Source: an uncultured archaeon (GTDB taxonomy: Archaea; Altiarchaeota; Altiarchaeia; IMC4; SCGC-AAA252-I15). Taken from it: DNA of 23,734 nucleotides. Under the pieces are notes generated by a model that searched no databases, was not told the DNA's origin, and worked only from the letters and a program-made list of their open reading frames with translations. Numbering within the stretch: the first letter of the stretch is position 1; each line of letters begins with the position of its first letter. The stretch is from the NCBI GenBank assembly GCA_902384455.1, contig CABMCB010000093.1, positions 1 through 23,734 on the forward strand, in the 5' to 3' direction. The translations under genes and the position numbers were made by a program. Of the stretch, positions 8,901 to 16,832 are shown piece after piece.

Positions 8901-11146
8901 GACAACACCCTCCTGTGAACCAAAAATAGTATTAATCCCGCACAAGAAAAGAACGAGACTGCAGCACCCAACGCAAAACCAGGCAAACTATAGACGAACG
9001 TGACCCGGCTAACACCCGCAGGAACAGCCACAGAAACGCGACCTTCATATGAGGCGACCGAACCGGCGTCTGAACTCCAGCCGCGATGGTAATTCTCATT
9101 TAGAACCAATGTCGTACGAGCTAAGGCGTTTACTGAAACCGTGACCTGATTGGGAGTGAAATCAACAACCTCCGCCTTCCCCGCATCCAGCAGATACGCT
9201 TCGCCTTTGTATGACTCGTTTAACACGCCGCCCGTCTTCCAAGGCAGCACATGAGACGCCAATCCGCCGGGGTCATAGCAGTCTGCGGCACCGTGGTTGG
9301 CCAAAAACACCTCGTACATTCCGCTGTATCTGCGCTCACCAACACCCTCTCCCACAGTCTGCCTGAAAACAGGGTCAGCTCTTATGTCCTTAGGCAGAAT
9401 CGGGAATGACCCGCTAAGTATGCCGCCATTTACCACCCACAAATCAGCAAGAACAAACAACACTATGAATGCGGCCAGCCACCTGTCGTGGCTTTCGATT
9501 CGGCGCAATCCTTCGCCGGCAAAAATCGCAAGAATGAAAGTCACAAGGATTATTAGGCGCTCAGGGTTGCGGAGGTTCCCAAGGAAGGGGGCGTGGTCAT
9601 GAAGGAAGTCCCACGGAGCAAAAGGAGCGTTAAGGTTGAACGAAAGCGCCAAAATAGCCAGCAAAGTGATAAAAAGAGGCGGATTATACCGGCGGAAAAT
9701 AGCCGCCAACGCCAAAAGAAGGGCTATGTCTCCTACGTATCCGCCGTACTCATGCCACCCCCAAATCTGACCTAAATAAGCGTGCGCCCCCAACGCCTGA
9801 TACCGGTCCAAAAGACTTGCAGACAGAATCTCCCAAGTGAAACCGCTGCCATCGCTAATATCCCGCGGATTCTCCCTGGCATAAATCAACTGCGGAATAA
9901 ACTTCACTGCACCCAACAAAAAACACAAGACGAGTATGCACGCAGCCAACTTAACCGGCTTGACACTGCGTTCGCTTAAGGACTTCAAAGGGGCGTACAA
10001 CACGACAAAAAGGCACACGTAAATGAAAAGATACGCATGACCCTCAAGGTAAATAAGCAACAAAGCAGCAGCAGCAGGCACAGACCACAAACCCCTCTCA
10101 GCAGCCCTAACATAAAAGTACATAAACCAAGGAAGCCACGCACCCGCAACCCAAGTATAATGCCCCTCAGCAAGATGAAGCGACATCACAGACGAAAAAA
10201 CAAAGACGAACGCGGCCAAATGGCTTGCCGCAGACCCCATCTTAAGGCGGCGCGCCAGAAGGTACATCCCTACGAGGCCGATTAGATAGTGCAGGAGAAT
10301 CTGCAGTTTAATGCCGTATTCCACCCCAAACAGCAGGATTATGATGAAGGTAGGCGTAAGGTACAGACTTTGGGGGTTGGCGAGGATTATGGTGCCGCCG
10401 CACGCGTAAGGATTCCACAGAGGAATCTGATGGTACTGAAGGATAATTCGACGGGCGACCGCGTTATGGAAGTAATACTGATCCCAGTCGTTTATCCCCC
10501 AGTTGCCGAAGTTCGCAATCAAAGGCGTCAAAAAAGACATGACAGCGAACGAGTAAGCCAAAAAGATAAGAGGCACCTTGACGTGCGGCCGCATTATTTT
10601 GGCGGGAAGGAACAACGCTGAAGCTAGTAGGGTTAGTGCTATTGCGAGTAGCACCGTTGATGATTGTATTTTGGAGGATGATTCGGACGCACCGTACGTT
10701 TCCACCCGGAATTTTCCTGGTCCGCCGTTGTTTTTCACGTGGGCGGCTAACGTGTGGTATGATTTGCCGGCAGATACTGGAAGTGTGATGTTCATTCCGC
10801 GGCAGTGGGTGCATCCTGCGCATTCGGTCGAGTTGAAGACGATGACTTGGTCAAAGTACAATTCCTTAATGCAGTCGTCGGCGTAGAGCGTCAAAGTAAC
10901 GGATGTTTGCGAGGGGTCAGCGTCTACGAACCCGCGAAAATACATGTCTGAGGGAGTTTCCTGCTTCTCGTAAGGCTGGGGCACCGAAGTCCAGTTTGAG
11001 GCATCAAAATCTTCCGCATACCAACCCACGGAAGATACCGGAGAGAACTTCCACAGAGACGTCGAGGCCGATGCAACAATCGCCGGCGTTGTTAGGAGTA
11101 TTAGGGCGGCTGTTAGAATGATTTTCGAAGACCTCATTTTTTTCAC
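8897..11146 (-). CDS. YfhO-like GT-C membrane protein with an N-terminal Cys-motif beta-sandwich domain (tandem paralog of 6651..8900)
   Basis: DWDQY, IPLWNPYACGG..LANPQ, LRNPER and LNENYHRGW motifs; GTGA overlap with the upstream stop (alternative ATG at 11137). Confidence 0.82.
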   Translation of the reverse strand: MKKMRSSKIILTAALILLTTPAIVASASTSLWKFSPVSSVGWYAEDFDASNWTSVPQPYEKQETPSDMYFRGFVDADPSQTSVTLTLYADDCIKELYFDQVIVFNSTECAGCTHCRGMNITLPVSAGKSYHTLAAHVKNNGGPGKFRVETYGASESSSKIQSSTVLLAIALTLLASALFLPAKIMRPHVKVPLIFLAYSFAVMSFLTPLIANFGNWGINDWDQYYFHNAVARRIILQYHQIPLWNPYACGGTIILANPQSLYLTPTFIIILLFGVEYGIKLQILLHYLIGLVGMYLLARRLKMGSAASHLAAFVFVFSSVMSLHLAEGHYTWVAGAWLPWFMYFYVRAAERGLWSVPAAAALLLIYLEGHAYLFIYVCLFVVLYAPLKSLSERSVKPVKLAACILVLCFLLGAVKFIPQLIYARENPRDISDGSGFTWEILSASLLDRYQALGAHAYLGQIWGWHEYGGYVGDIALLLALAAIFRRYNPPLFITLLAILALSFNLNAPFAPWDFLHDHAPFLGNLRNPERLIILVTFILAIFAGEGLRRIESHDRWLAAFIVLFVLADLWVVNGGILSGSFPILPKDIRADPVFRQTVGEGVGERRYSGMYEVFLANHGAADCYDPGGLASHVLPWKTGGVLNESYKGEAYLLDAGKAEVVDFTPNQVTVSVNALARTTLVLNENYHRGWSSDAGSVASYEGRVSVAVPAGVSRVTFVYSLPGFALGAAVSFFSCAGLILFLVHRRVLS
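10802..10879 (-). repeat. DDC-x16-CxxCxxC domain core, copy 6
   Basis: DDCIKELYFDQVIVFNSTECAGCTHC. Confidence 0.9.
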
Positions 11147-14100
11147 TTAAGGTCGAATGACATGTCTTCTCCGACGTCGGAAATCTGTATTGCCATCAGG
11201 TTGCCGCCGGAGTGGACGTACTTGGTTATGTCTATTACGCGCCCGTTTTTGTCCGAGCCCGGACCGCACGACGTTGAGGAGTAGGCCTGTTGCCCGTTTA
11301 CGTAGACGTTTGCGACGCAGTCGTCTGCGAGTATTTTGGGTTGGACTAAGTCAAACGATTCAGGTAGGGTGAAGCGGGCGCGCACGTACATGCTTCTGAA
11401 CACGTGCACTTCCTCGCTGAAAGGCAGGTCTGTGAGGTCCCAGCCGTCGTCGTTGTATCCGGGGTCAGTCCACCCTGCGGCGGCAGTCCGGCTTGTGCGC
11501 CATATAATGCCGCTTAATCCTTGAACGCTTAAGGATGATGCACCTATGGCGTTTACGAGCTCTATTGCAATCGTGTTTTTGCCTTTAGTCAAGTAGGGAG
11601 TCACATCAAGGACTTCTCCGTTGCAGTGAGTGCAAATACCGCATTCCTCCTCGACGTAGACTATCTGCCCGTTTATAGCAAGCGTCTTAATACAATCGTC
11701 CGCTGAAATGTTCAGCTTCGTTTTAGCGACCGAATCAACTGTGAATTCCCCGCGGAAAAACCGCGACTCCCTGCCTTTGACGGGGTAAACTGCCGGAAGG
11801 GATGTAGAAGACCACTTCGCATCATTGTAATCGGAGCTATACCACGCTCCGACAGGGTTCAGGCTCACCCGCAAAGAATCGTAATCCATCTTGGAGCGAG
11901 AGGGAGACAGGAAAGACGTGGGGAAAATTCCGCCCCCGTAAGTCGAAGCTTCGCGGAAATAACCGAAATAGAACGCTCCGAAAAGAAGCAGATACGCGGT
12001 GAATAATGACAGGAAAACAGGATTCTTCTTGACGGAAGACAGATGCCGTTGAGCCGACACCGACTTTATGTCAAACGCCAGATAAGCCAAAAACACCACT
12101 ACGACAACCGCATCCAACCCGAAAACCCAAGGATGCTGATTGGACAACAGACCATTCTTACGCCCCTCATAAAACAGCTTCAGGTTAATCTCATAAATAG
12201 GATTCTTGTTGACTTCAGGATAAGGAATCGGCGTGACATACGCACCAAGAAACGCATGAAAAACGCTCACCGCAAGAAGCAACAAAGAAACCGCCAAAAG
12301 AACCCACTTAGAGATACCGCCAAAATGACCCTGAACCCTCTTCAAATAAGCCCCGTCAAACAAAACAGCCGCCAAAAGAGCCAAAAAAGGCAAAAACAAA
12401 ACCAAATGACGCGGCCCAAAAGCCAACCCCCCGCTTGCATAACTATACGCCGAAATAAAAGTAGTATGAACAACAGGAACGCAAATCAAAAACAACGCCT
12501 CAGAAGGCCTCTTCCTGTAGAGCAGTATTGCGCCTGGCAACGCCAGAAGGAGTATGGGGCTGTAGAAGAACAGTCCCCGCCAAGTGGAAACAAGGAGTAT
12601 GTAGTACCCCTCAATCGGGTTGTTTTTGAAGTTCTGCGTGGAACTCATCCCCGCATACTGGTAAGCGCTTTGGTTGGGGCTTCCGAAAGCCACCGTATTG
12701 TATGCCGCAAGAAGCAGCCCACACAACAGGACTAACGCAGCCAAAGCGCCCCACGCCTTAAGCAGATGATTAATGTCTTTCCTTACTCCACCATAGTCGC
12801 GCACGTCCTTGGAGGAAATTAGGGATTCGACCGCAACGTAAGCAAAATAGAGAGGGAAAACAAAAAGAACCGTTGTGTCCACAGTCACCGCATAACCAAG
12901 CCAGCCGCCCGCGTAAACAAGCTGCCTTAAACCCCCGTCCCTGCGCCAAACAAGCATATGATAAAACGCCACAACCAAACACGTAGCAGTCGTAGCGTGA
13001 CTGAACAAAGTAGGAGCATAAACCCAGTAAATAGTCCCAGCAGACAAAATGAAAGCGGCCGCAAGCGACGCCCTCTCGGATAGGTTAAGTAGTATGCCGG
13101 AGTCGTATGTGCGCAGTGCGCCGTAAGCCGATATGGCGGCTATCATCAGGACGATTATTGTGTATGCGTATCCGTCTGCTGGGTCGTTGTAGTATCCGCT
13201 GACGGGGAGGGGGATGTTTAGGTAGTATAGCAGGTTACCTATCAGGTAGGCGGGTACGAGACTGTACGCTAGGCCCGGCGGTTTGTCGCTGTATATTACG
13301 CCGTTTCTTATGCTGTAGTCCATGCCGGAGTAGACTTTCATCTCGTCTTCCGGCACCTGCAGGGTGTGGTATTTGACGAGCGCCTTCACCAGCATGAAGC
13401 GGCTTCCGGGGTTGGTTCCTTCGCGGACAAACGAAGCGCAGCTTATGAAAAGTAGGAAGAAGACGAGGTAGATCATCAGTCTTTGGCCTAGCCGGTCTCT
13501 GATGCGCGGCAGGCGCATTAAGCTGAAAAGCTCGGTGAACGCGGCGCTAAACGACAGCATAAGCTGGTAAATGCTTGCGGCGGTTTTTTCCAGGCCGCCG
13601 TATGCGGCTGAGTTTTCGACTGTTTTGGAGGAGGAGGATATTTTCTTGGATGTTTTGGATGCTTCCGTGTAGAATGACTTTTCGATGTTGTTAAATATTG
13701 GGCTGATTTTCTTTCTTGTGGGAGCGTATGAGAGGAGGATTATTGCTGTTATTGAGAGTATGCTTGCGATGGTTCCTATGTAGTCTCCGGTTGTGTGTCC
13801 GTAGTATAGGATGACGTGGTTGCTTGTGGGGGTTATGAGCATGAATGCCGGCGACACCATGATTGGGTCTGACGCGCCTAGTGTCTTCCAGTTGGGGAAG
13901 TAGCTTATGCTTATTATGTGTGGTTTGCCTGGGCATGTGGTGTTGAATTCCAGCCGTTCATTCTCCCGGTTTTCGGTGATCACGCATTCTGATGCGCCTT
14001 CGACTGGCACCTTAGGCAGGTTGTCAAGGTTTCCGTCGTAGCTTATTGCGGCGCCGTATTTTTGCACGTCGCTTTGAGTGATTTTGCTCGCGTACACGAG

Positions 14101-15864
14101 AGGCACGTCAAGCAGGTCCTCCCTCTGGTACCATGCTATGCCGTCCTTACGCCAGTCCGAAGTCTTGAACAAAACCGGCTGGTAAGCGGGCACTGTGACG
14201 TAGTGGCCGCTGTTGTTGATGCGGTATACTTCTATGTCTCCGAAGCGTGCCATGAAATTGAAGTTGCTATCGTGTGAGAGCGCGTTCTTCACTTTGCTTG
14301 TGGTGGCGACGAAGTAGTCTATGTTGAGCGCCTGAAGGTGCTTTATTCCTCGGTCAAGGTTGAATTTCTGGCAGGGAACGTAGCTTATGGGGCAGCTGGG
14401 CTTGTCTGAAAGCTCCGGCTGCAAAATGAATTCAAACGGAGCAAACACCGCCGCGTCAATGAACAACCCCTCCATAGTAGGCTTACCCGTGTACCGGGGT
14501 ATGCTCTCAAAAGTCCTGCTGCTACCGAACATGTGATCGTGGCTGCCGCTGTACTCATGGAAAATGCGGCCGTAAGGCAAATCCTTAAGGTAGCTCATCA
14601 GTCCAACTAAGTCCTGGTAGTTGGCTTTAGTCTCCGCGCCCTCGAAATTCCACTTAATCCAGCCGGTAATGTCGCGGGCGGTGTTTTGGTCGGCCCATTC
14701 GTAGACGGATTTTATTGGGGCGGGAACCCAGTCTGGCGCGTCAGACGGGCTTGCCGTGATCATCGCGGTTATCGCCAAAAACGCAAGTAGGGGAACAAGC
14801 GCTTTTGCCTCAAGATTTTTCACGAGTTCGCCCAGCCCGTAAGCCGCAATCAAAAGGTACATCAAGTAAATCGGAGGCAGAAACCTAGTCTCCCACAGGT
14901 TGCCGTTGGGGATAATCAGGTATATGACCGCAGACACGACTATGGAGTAGAGCATGTAGTATATGCGGTCGTCGCGGCTACGCAACGCCATGTATAGGCC
15001 GAATATTACGAGGAGGTAGAAGGGGTTTAGTTCGGATGGGAACAGCATGCCGGGTTTGTGGTAGTTAAGCCAGTCGTAGCTTGTGGTGTAACCCATTTTG
15101 GTGTTGAATGGGATTGTGTAGAATCCTACCAGGAGGTATCCTAAGCCGAACACCAGAATGAGTATTCGGACGTTCCCTAAGAAGTCCGCTTTCCGCCTTT
15201 TGAACACGAAGAACGAGCTGGATATTGCGGCGAATATGACGAGGAAGATGTGGCTCAACACAGTGAGGGATAGCACTATGGCGTTGCGTATCACATGCTT
15301 CTTCTCCTTGACGCCCTGGTAGAGGAAACCGAAAAATAAGACGCCGAGGAACGTCCCGTACGCGTGGGCGAACTCTCCGGCAAGAAGACTCTTTATGTTG
15401 CCCCCGTACATGCTGTAGTTTTCGCCGTTAATCGTCTCCAAAAACAAGAACTGGAGAGAAAAAACAGCGGCAATCAAAGGAGTAGGAAAAGAAAACTTCA
15501 TCGCCCTGAAAGCCAGATACACCGCAACAGGCAAAGCAAAAACAGCCAAAACCTCCCCCAGCTTAAACGCGACAGCCGCAGAAAAAACCAAATTAAAAAG
15601 CAGCATCACCACATAAGGCACCAAAAAGTAATACTGGAACAACGGGTAACCCGCATACCAACCAGGATCCCAACCAATAAGCTCCCCATGCGGAATAAGA
15701 TACTCCTTCAGATACAAGTAAGGATGAACGTGACTAGGCGTATCACCCCCAGAAGGAAAACGATCAGAAAAAAGATACGCAGGCCTAAAGAAACTCAAGA
15801 TTAACCAGAATATTCCCAGGAATACCGCGGCCGTCACCAACCACTCGAGCCGGCTTATCTTCAT
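11143..15864 (-). CDS. 1573-aa fusion: PTPS_related/YfhO-like GT-C module + second GT-C-like module + two C-terminal Cys-motif beta-sandwich domains
   Basis: N-module: SGGDTPSH, GWDPGWYAGYPLFQYY, TRFLP, SYFPNWK. Ser/Lys-rich linker. Second module: NPGSRF, DYS..NG..YSDKPPG, GLFFYSP, FGPRHL. C-terminal ADDC domains. Confidence 0.82.
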   Translation of the reverse strand: MKISRLEWLVTAAVFLGIFWLILSFFRPAYLFSDRFPSGGDTPSHVHPYLYLKEYLIPHGELIGWDPGWYAGYPLFQYYFLVPYVVMLLFNLVFSAAVAFKLGEVLAVFALPVAVYLAFRAMKFSFPTPLIAAVFSLQFLFLETINGENYSMYGGNIKSLLAGEFAHAYGTFLGVLFFGFLYQGVKEKKHVIRNAIVLSLTVLSHIFLVIFAAISSSFFVFKRRKADFLGNVRILILVFGLGYLLVGFYTIPFNTKMGYTTSYDWLNYHKPGMLFPSELNPFYLLVIFGLYMALRSRDDRIYYMLYSIVVSAVIYLIIPNGNLWETRFLPPIYLMYLLIAAYGLGELVKNLEAKALVPLLAFLAITAMITASPSDAPDWVPAPIKSVYEWADQNTARDITGWIKWNFEGAETKANYQDLVGLMSYLKDLPYGRIFHEYSGSHDHMFGSSRTFESIPRYTGKPTMEGLFIDAAVFAPFEFILQPELSDKPSCPISYVPCQKFNLDRGIKHLQALNIDYFVATTSKVKNALSHDSNFNFMARFGDIEVYRINNSGHYVTVPAYQPVLFKTSDWRKDGIAWYQREDLLDVPLVYASKITQSDVQKYGAAISYDGNLDNLPKVPVEGASECVITENRENERLEFNTTCPGKPHIISISYFPNWKTLGASDPIMVSPAFMLITPTSNHVILYYGHTTGDYIGTIASILSITAIILLSYAPTRKKISPIFNNIEKSFYTEASKTSKKISSSSKTVENSAAYGGLEKTAASIYQLMLSFSAAFTELFSLMRLPRIRDRLGQRLMIYLVFFLLFISCASFVREGTNPGSRFMLVKALVKYHTLQVPEDEMKVYSGMDYSIRNGVIYSDKPPGLAYSLVPAYLIGNLLYYLNIPLPVSGYYNDPADGYAYTIIVLMIAAISAYGALRTYDSGILLNLSERASLAAAFILSAGTIYWVYAPTLFSHATTATCLVVAFYHMLVWRRDGGLRQLVYAGGWLGYAVTVDTTVLFVFPLYFAYVAVESLISSKDVRDYGGVRKDINHLLKAWGALAALVLLCGLLLAAYNTVAFGSPNQSAYQYAGMSSTQNFKNNPIEGYYILLVSTWRGLFFYSPILLLALPGAILLYRKRPSEALFLICVPVVHTTFISAYSYASGGLAFGPRHLVLFLPFLALLAAVLFDGAYLKRVQGHFGGISKWVLLAVSLLLLAVSVFHAFLGAYVTPIPYPEVNKNPIYEINLKLFYEGRKNGLLSNQHPWVFGLDAVVVVVFLAYLAFDIKSVSAQRHLSSVKKNPVFLSLFTAYLLLFGAFYFGYFREASTYGGGIFPTSFLSPSRSKMDYDSLRVSLNPVGAWYSSDYNDAKWSSTSLPAVYPVKGRESRFFRGEFTVDSVAKTKLNISADDCIKTLAINGQIVYVEEECGICTHCNGEVLDVTPYLTKGKNTIAIELVNAIGASSLSVQGLSGIIWRTSRTAAAGWTDPGYNDDGWDLTDLPFSEEVHVFRSMYVRARFTLPESFDLVQPKILADDCVANVYVNGQQAYSSTSCGPGSDKNGRVIDITKYVHSGGNLMAIQISDVGEDMSFDLK
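11248..11325 (-). repeat. DDC domain core, copy 7 (degenerate; last two Cys absent)
   Basis: DDCVANVYVNGQQAYSSTSCGPGSDK. Confidence 0.85.
11623..11700 (-). repeat. DDC-x16-CxxCxxC domain core, copy 8
   Basis: DDCIKTLAINGQIVYVEEECGICTHC. Confidence 0.9.
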
Positions 15865-15867
15865 CTT

Positions 15868-16776
15868 TCAGCTTCTTGCGCCCCCACTGCGCTCCACTTT
15901 TGCGTCTGCTTTTTTGTTTTGGCTCTGTGGCGAGCCAGATTTACCGCCTTTGCCTTTGATTTGCAGGTAGACTATTGCGAGTACTATCAGAACGGCAACT
16001 CCGAATATGATTGAGGTGCTGGGCAACTCGAAGACGGAGGCTTTTACTGTCACTTTGACCATGCCTCCTGCGAGAGACGAGTAGTGCATTCCGCCTTCGT
16101 CGTATTCCGCGGTCGCAAGTATCACGTATGCGCTGCCAGGCAGAGCGCCGAACGACTGCAGGGTGAACGGAACCTCCTTGTCTTCCCGCCCCAACAGCTC
16201 CACAGTTGTTGCGTCCTTGTCCAGCTTCAATTCGTTTGGTGCGTAAATGCGTATTGAAACATTGTGAGGATCCTTCCCCGTGTTAGCGATGCGGAACATG
16301 AACGACGACGACTCATCTCCGCTCACAGTGACTTCAGGCAGAACTCCGCGCAACAAAATCGGCGTCGCAGTCTGATAGACAAAATAAGTCGGCGCAATCG
16401 TGGAGAAAGGATAAGAGTTAGCGTCAGTGTAATGAGTCGAAAGAACCAAAGGATAACGGCCAGGAGAGACGTTTTCCGGCAAAGTAAGCGGGAAATACAG
16501 GTATTGAGTGACATTGGGCTCCAACGTCCCCGGAAACACCGGCTTAGACGTAAACCCGTCAGGAAGCATCAATTCAGTCTGCACGTTCAACGCAGGCACA
16601 TTACCCGTATTAACGATAGACACGTTCAGACCGCTGCTTTCCTTCGAAACAACCCCCCCCTTACCAACCTCAATGAAAGTCGTAGTCAGAGTGATAACGT
16701 CCGAAGACGCCGTAGAAGACAGCGTCAGCAGAACCCCCACTAAGAGAATAATCCCCCTTGTCCTCATGGTGTACAT
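15868..16776 (-). CDS. Membrane-anchored secreted protein with two Ig-like CARDB/NEW3-type domains (COG1361 S-layer-associated-like); first gene of the GT-C operon
   Basis: Signal peptide, IVNTGNVPALNV, PGRYPLVL..YTDAN, IANTG..HNV, C-terminal TM helix and basic tail; 3-bp gap to the next gene; alternative start at 16767. Confidence 0.78.
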   Translation of the reverse strand: MYTMRTRGIILLVGVLLTLSSTASSDVITLTTTFIEVGKGGVVSKESSGLNVSIVNTGNVPALNVQTELMLPDGFTSKPVFPGTLEPNVTQYLYFPLTLPENVSPGRYPLVLSTHYTDANSYPFSTIAPTYFVYQTATPILLRGVLPEVTVSGDESSSFMFRIANTGKDPHNVSIRIYAPNELKLDKDATTVELLGREDKEVPFTLQSFGALPGSAYVILATAEYDEGGMHYSSLAGGMVKVTVKASVFELPSTSIIFGVAVLIVLAIVYLQIKGKGGKSGSPQSQNKKADAKVERSGGARS

Positions 16777-16782
16777 ACCTTA

Positions 16783-16798
16783 GAAAAGGTATTTAATA
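16783..16798 (+). promoter_or_regulatory. Putative archaeal BRE-TATA element in the divergent intergenic region
   Basis: GAAAAGG followed by TATTTAATA within the 56-bp gap between divergent genes 16776(-) and 16833(+). Confidence 0.5.
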
Positions 16799-16832
16799 AT
16801 GCCCTACGCCGATAATCTAATAATCAACAGAC

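Noticed and set aside
8901-8945. Longer N-termini given by the ORF track (starts at 8945, 19642 and 20984)
   Set aside because: Downstream ATGs at 8900, 19684 and 20930 fit RBS or TATA spacing, operon junctions and domain boundaries better.
6651-11146. Diversity-generating retroelement template/variable repeat pair
   Set aside because: Similarity spans two complete paralogous genes, mismatches are not adenine-specific, and there is no reverse transcriptase in the window.
3835-11700. CxxCxxC read as a ferredoxin or radical-SAM Fe-S motif
   Set aside because: No CxxCxxCxxxCP or CxxxCxxC pattern; the domains look extracellular and one copy loses two Cys together. Disfavoured rather than excluded.
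12043-12735. 230-aa basic antisense ORF, and similar ORFs at 524-1045, 15364-15804, 16264-16743, 16799-17287 and 21784-22344
   Set aside because: Lys/Arg/Gln/Asn-rich, with no recognisable motifs, and overlapping well-supported genes in skewed tracts that lack stop codons.
13730-15864. 6-pyruvoyl-tetrahydropterin synthase function
   Set aside because: Only the family name is PTPS-related; the sequence is a polytopic GT-C-like membrane protein with no T-fold enzyme motifs.
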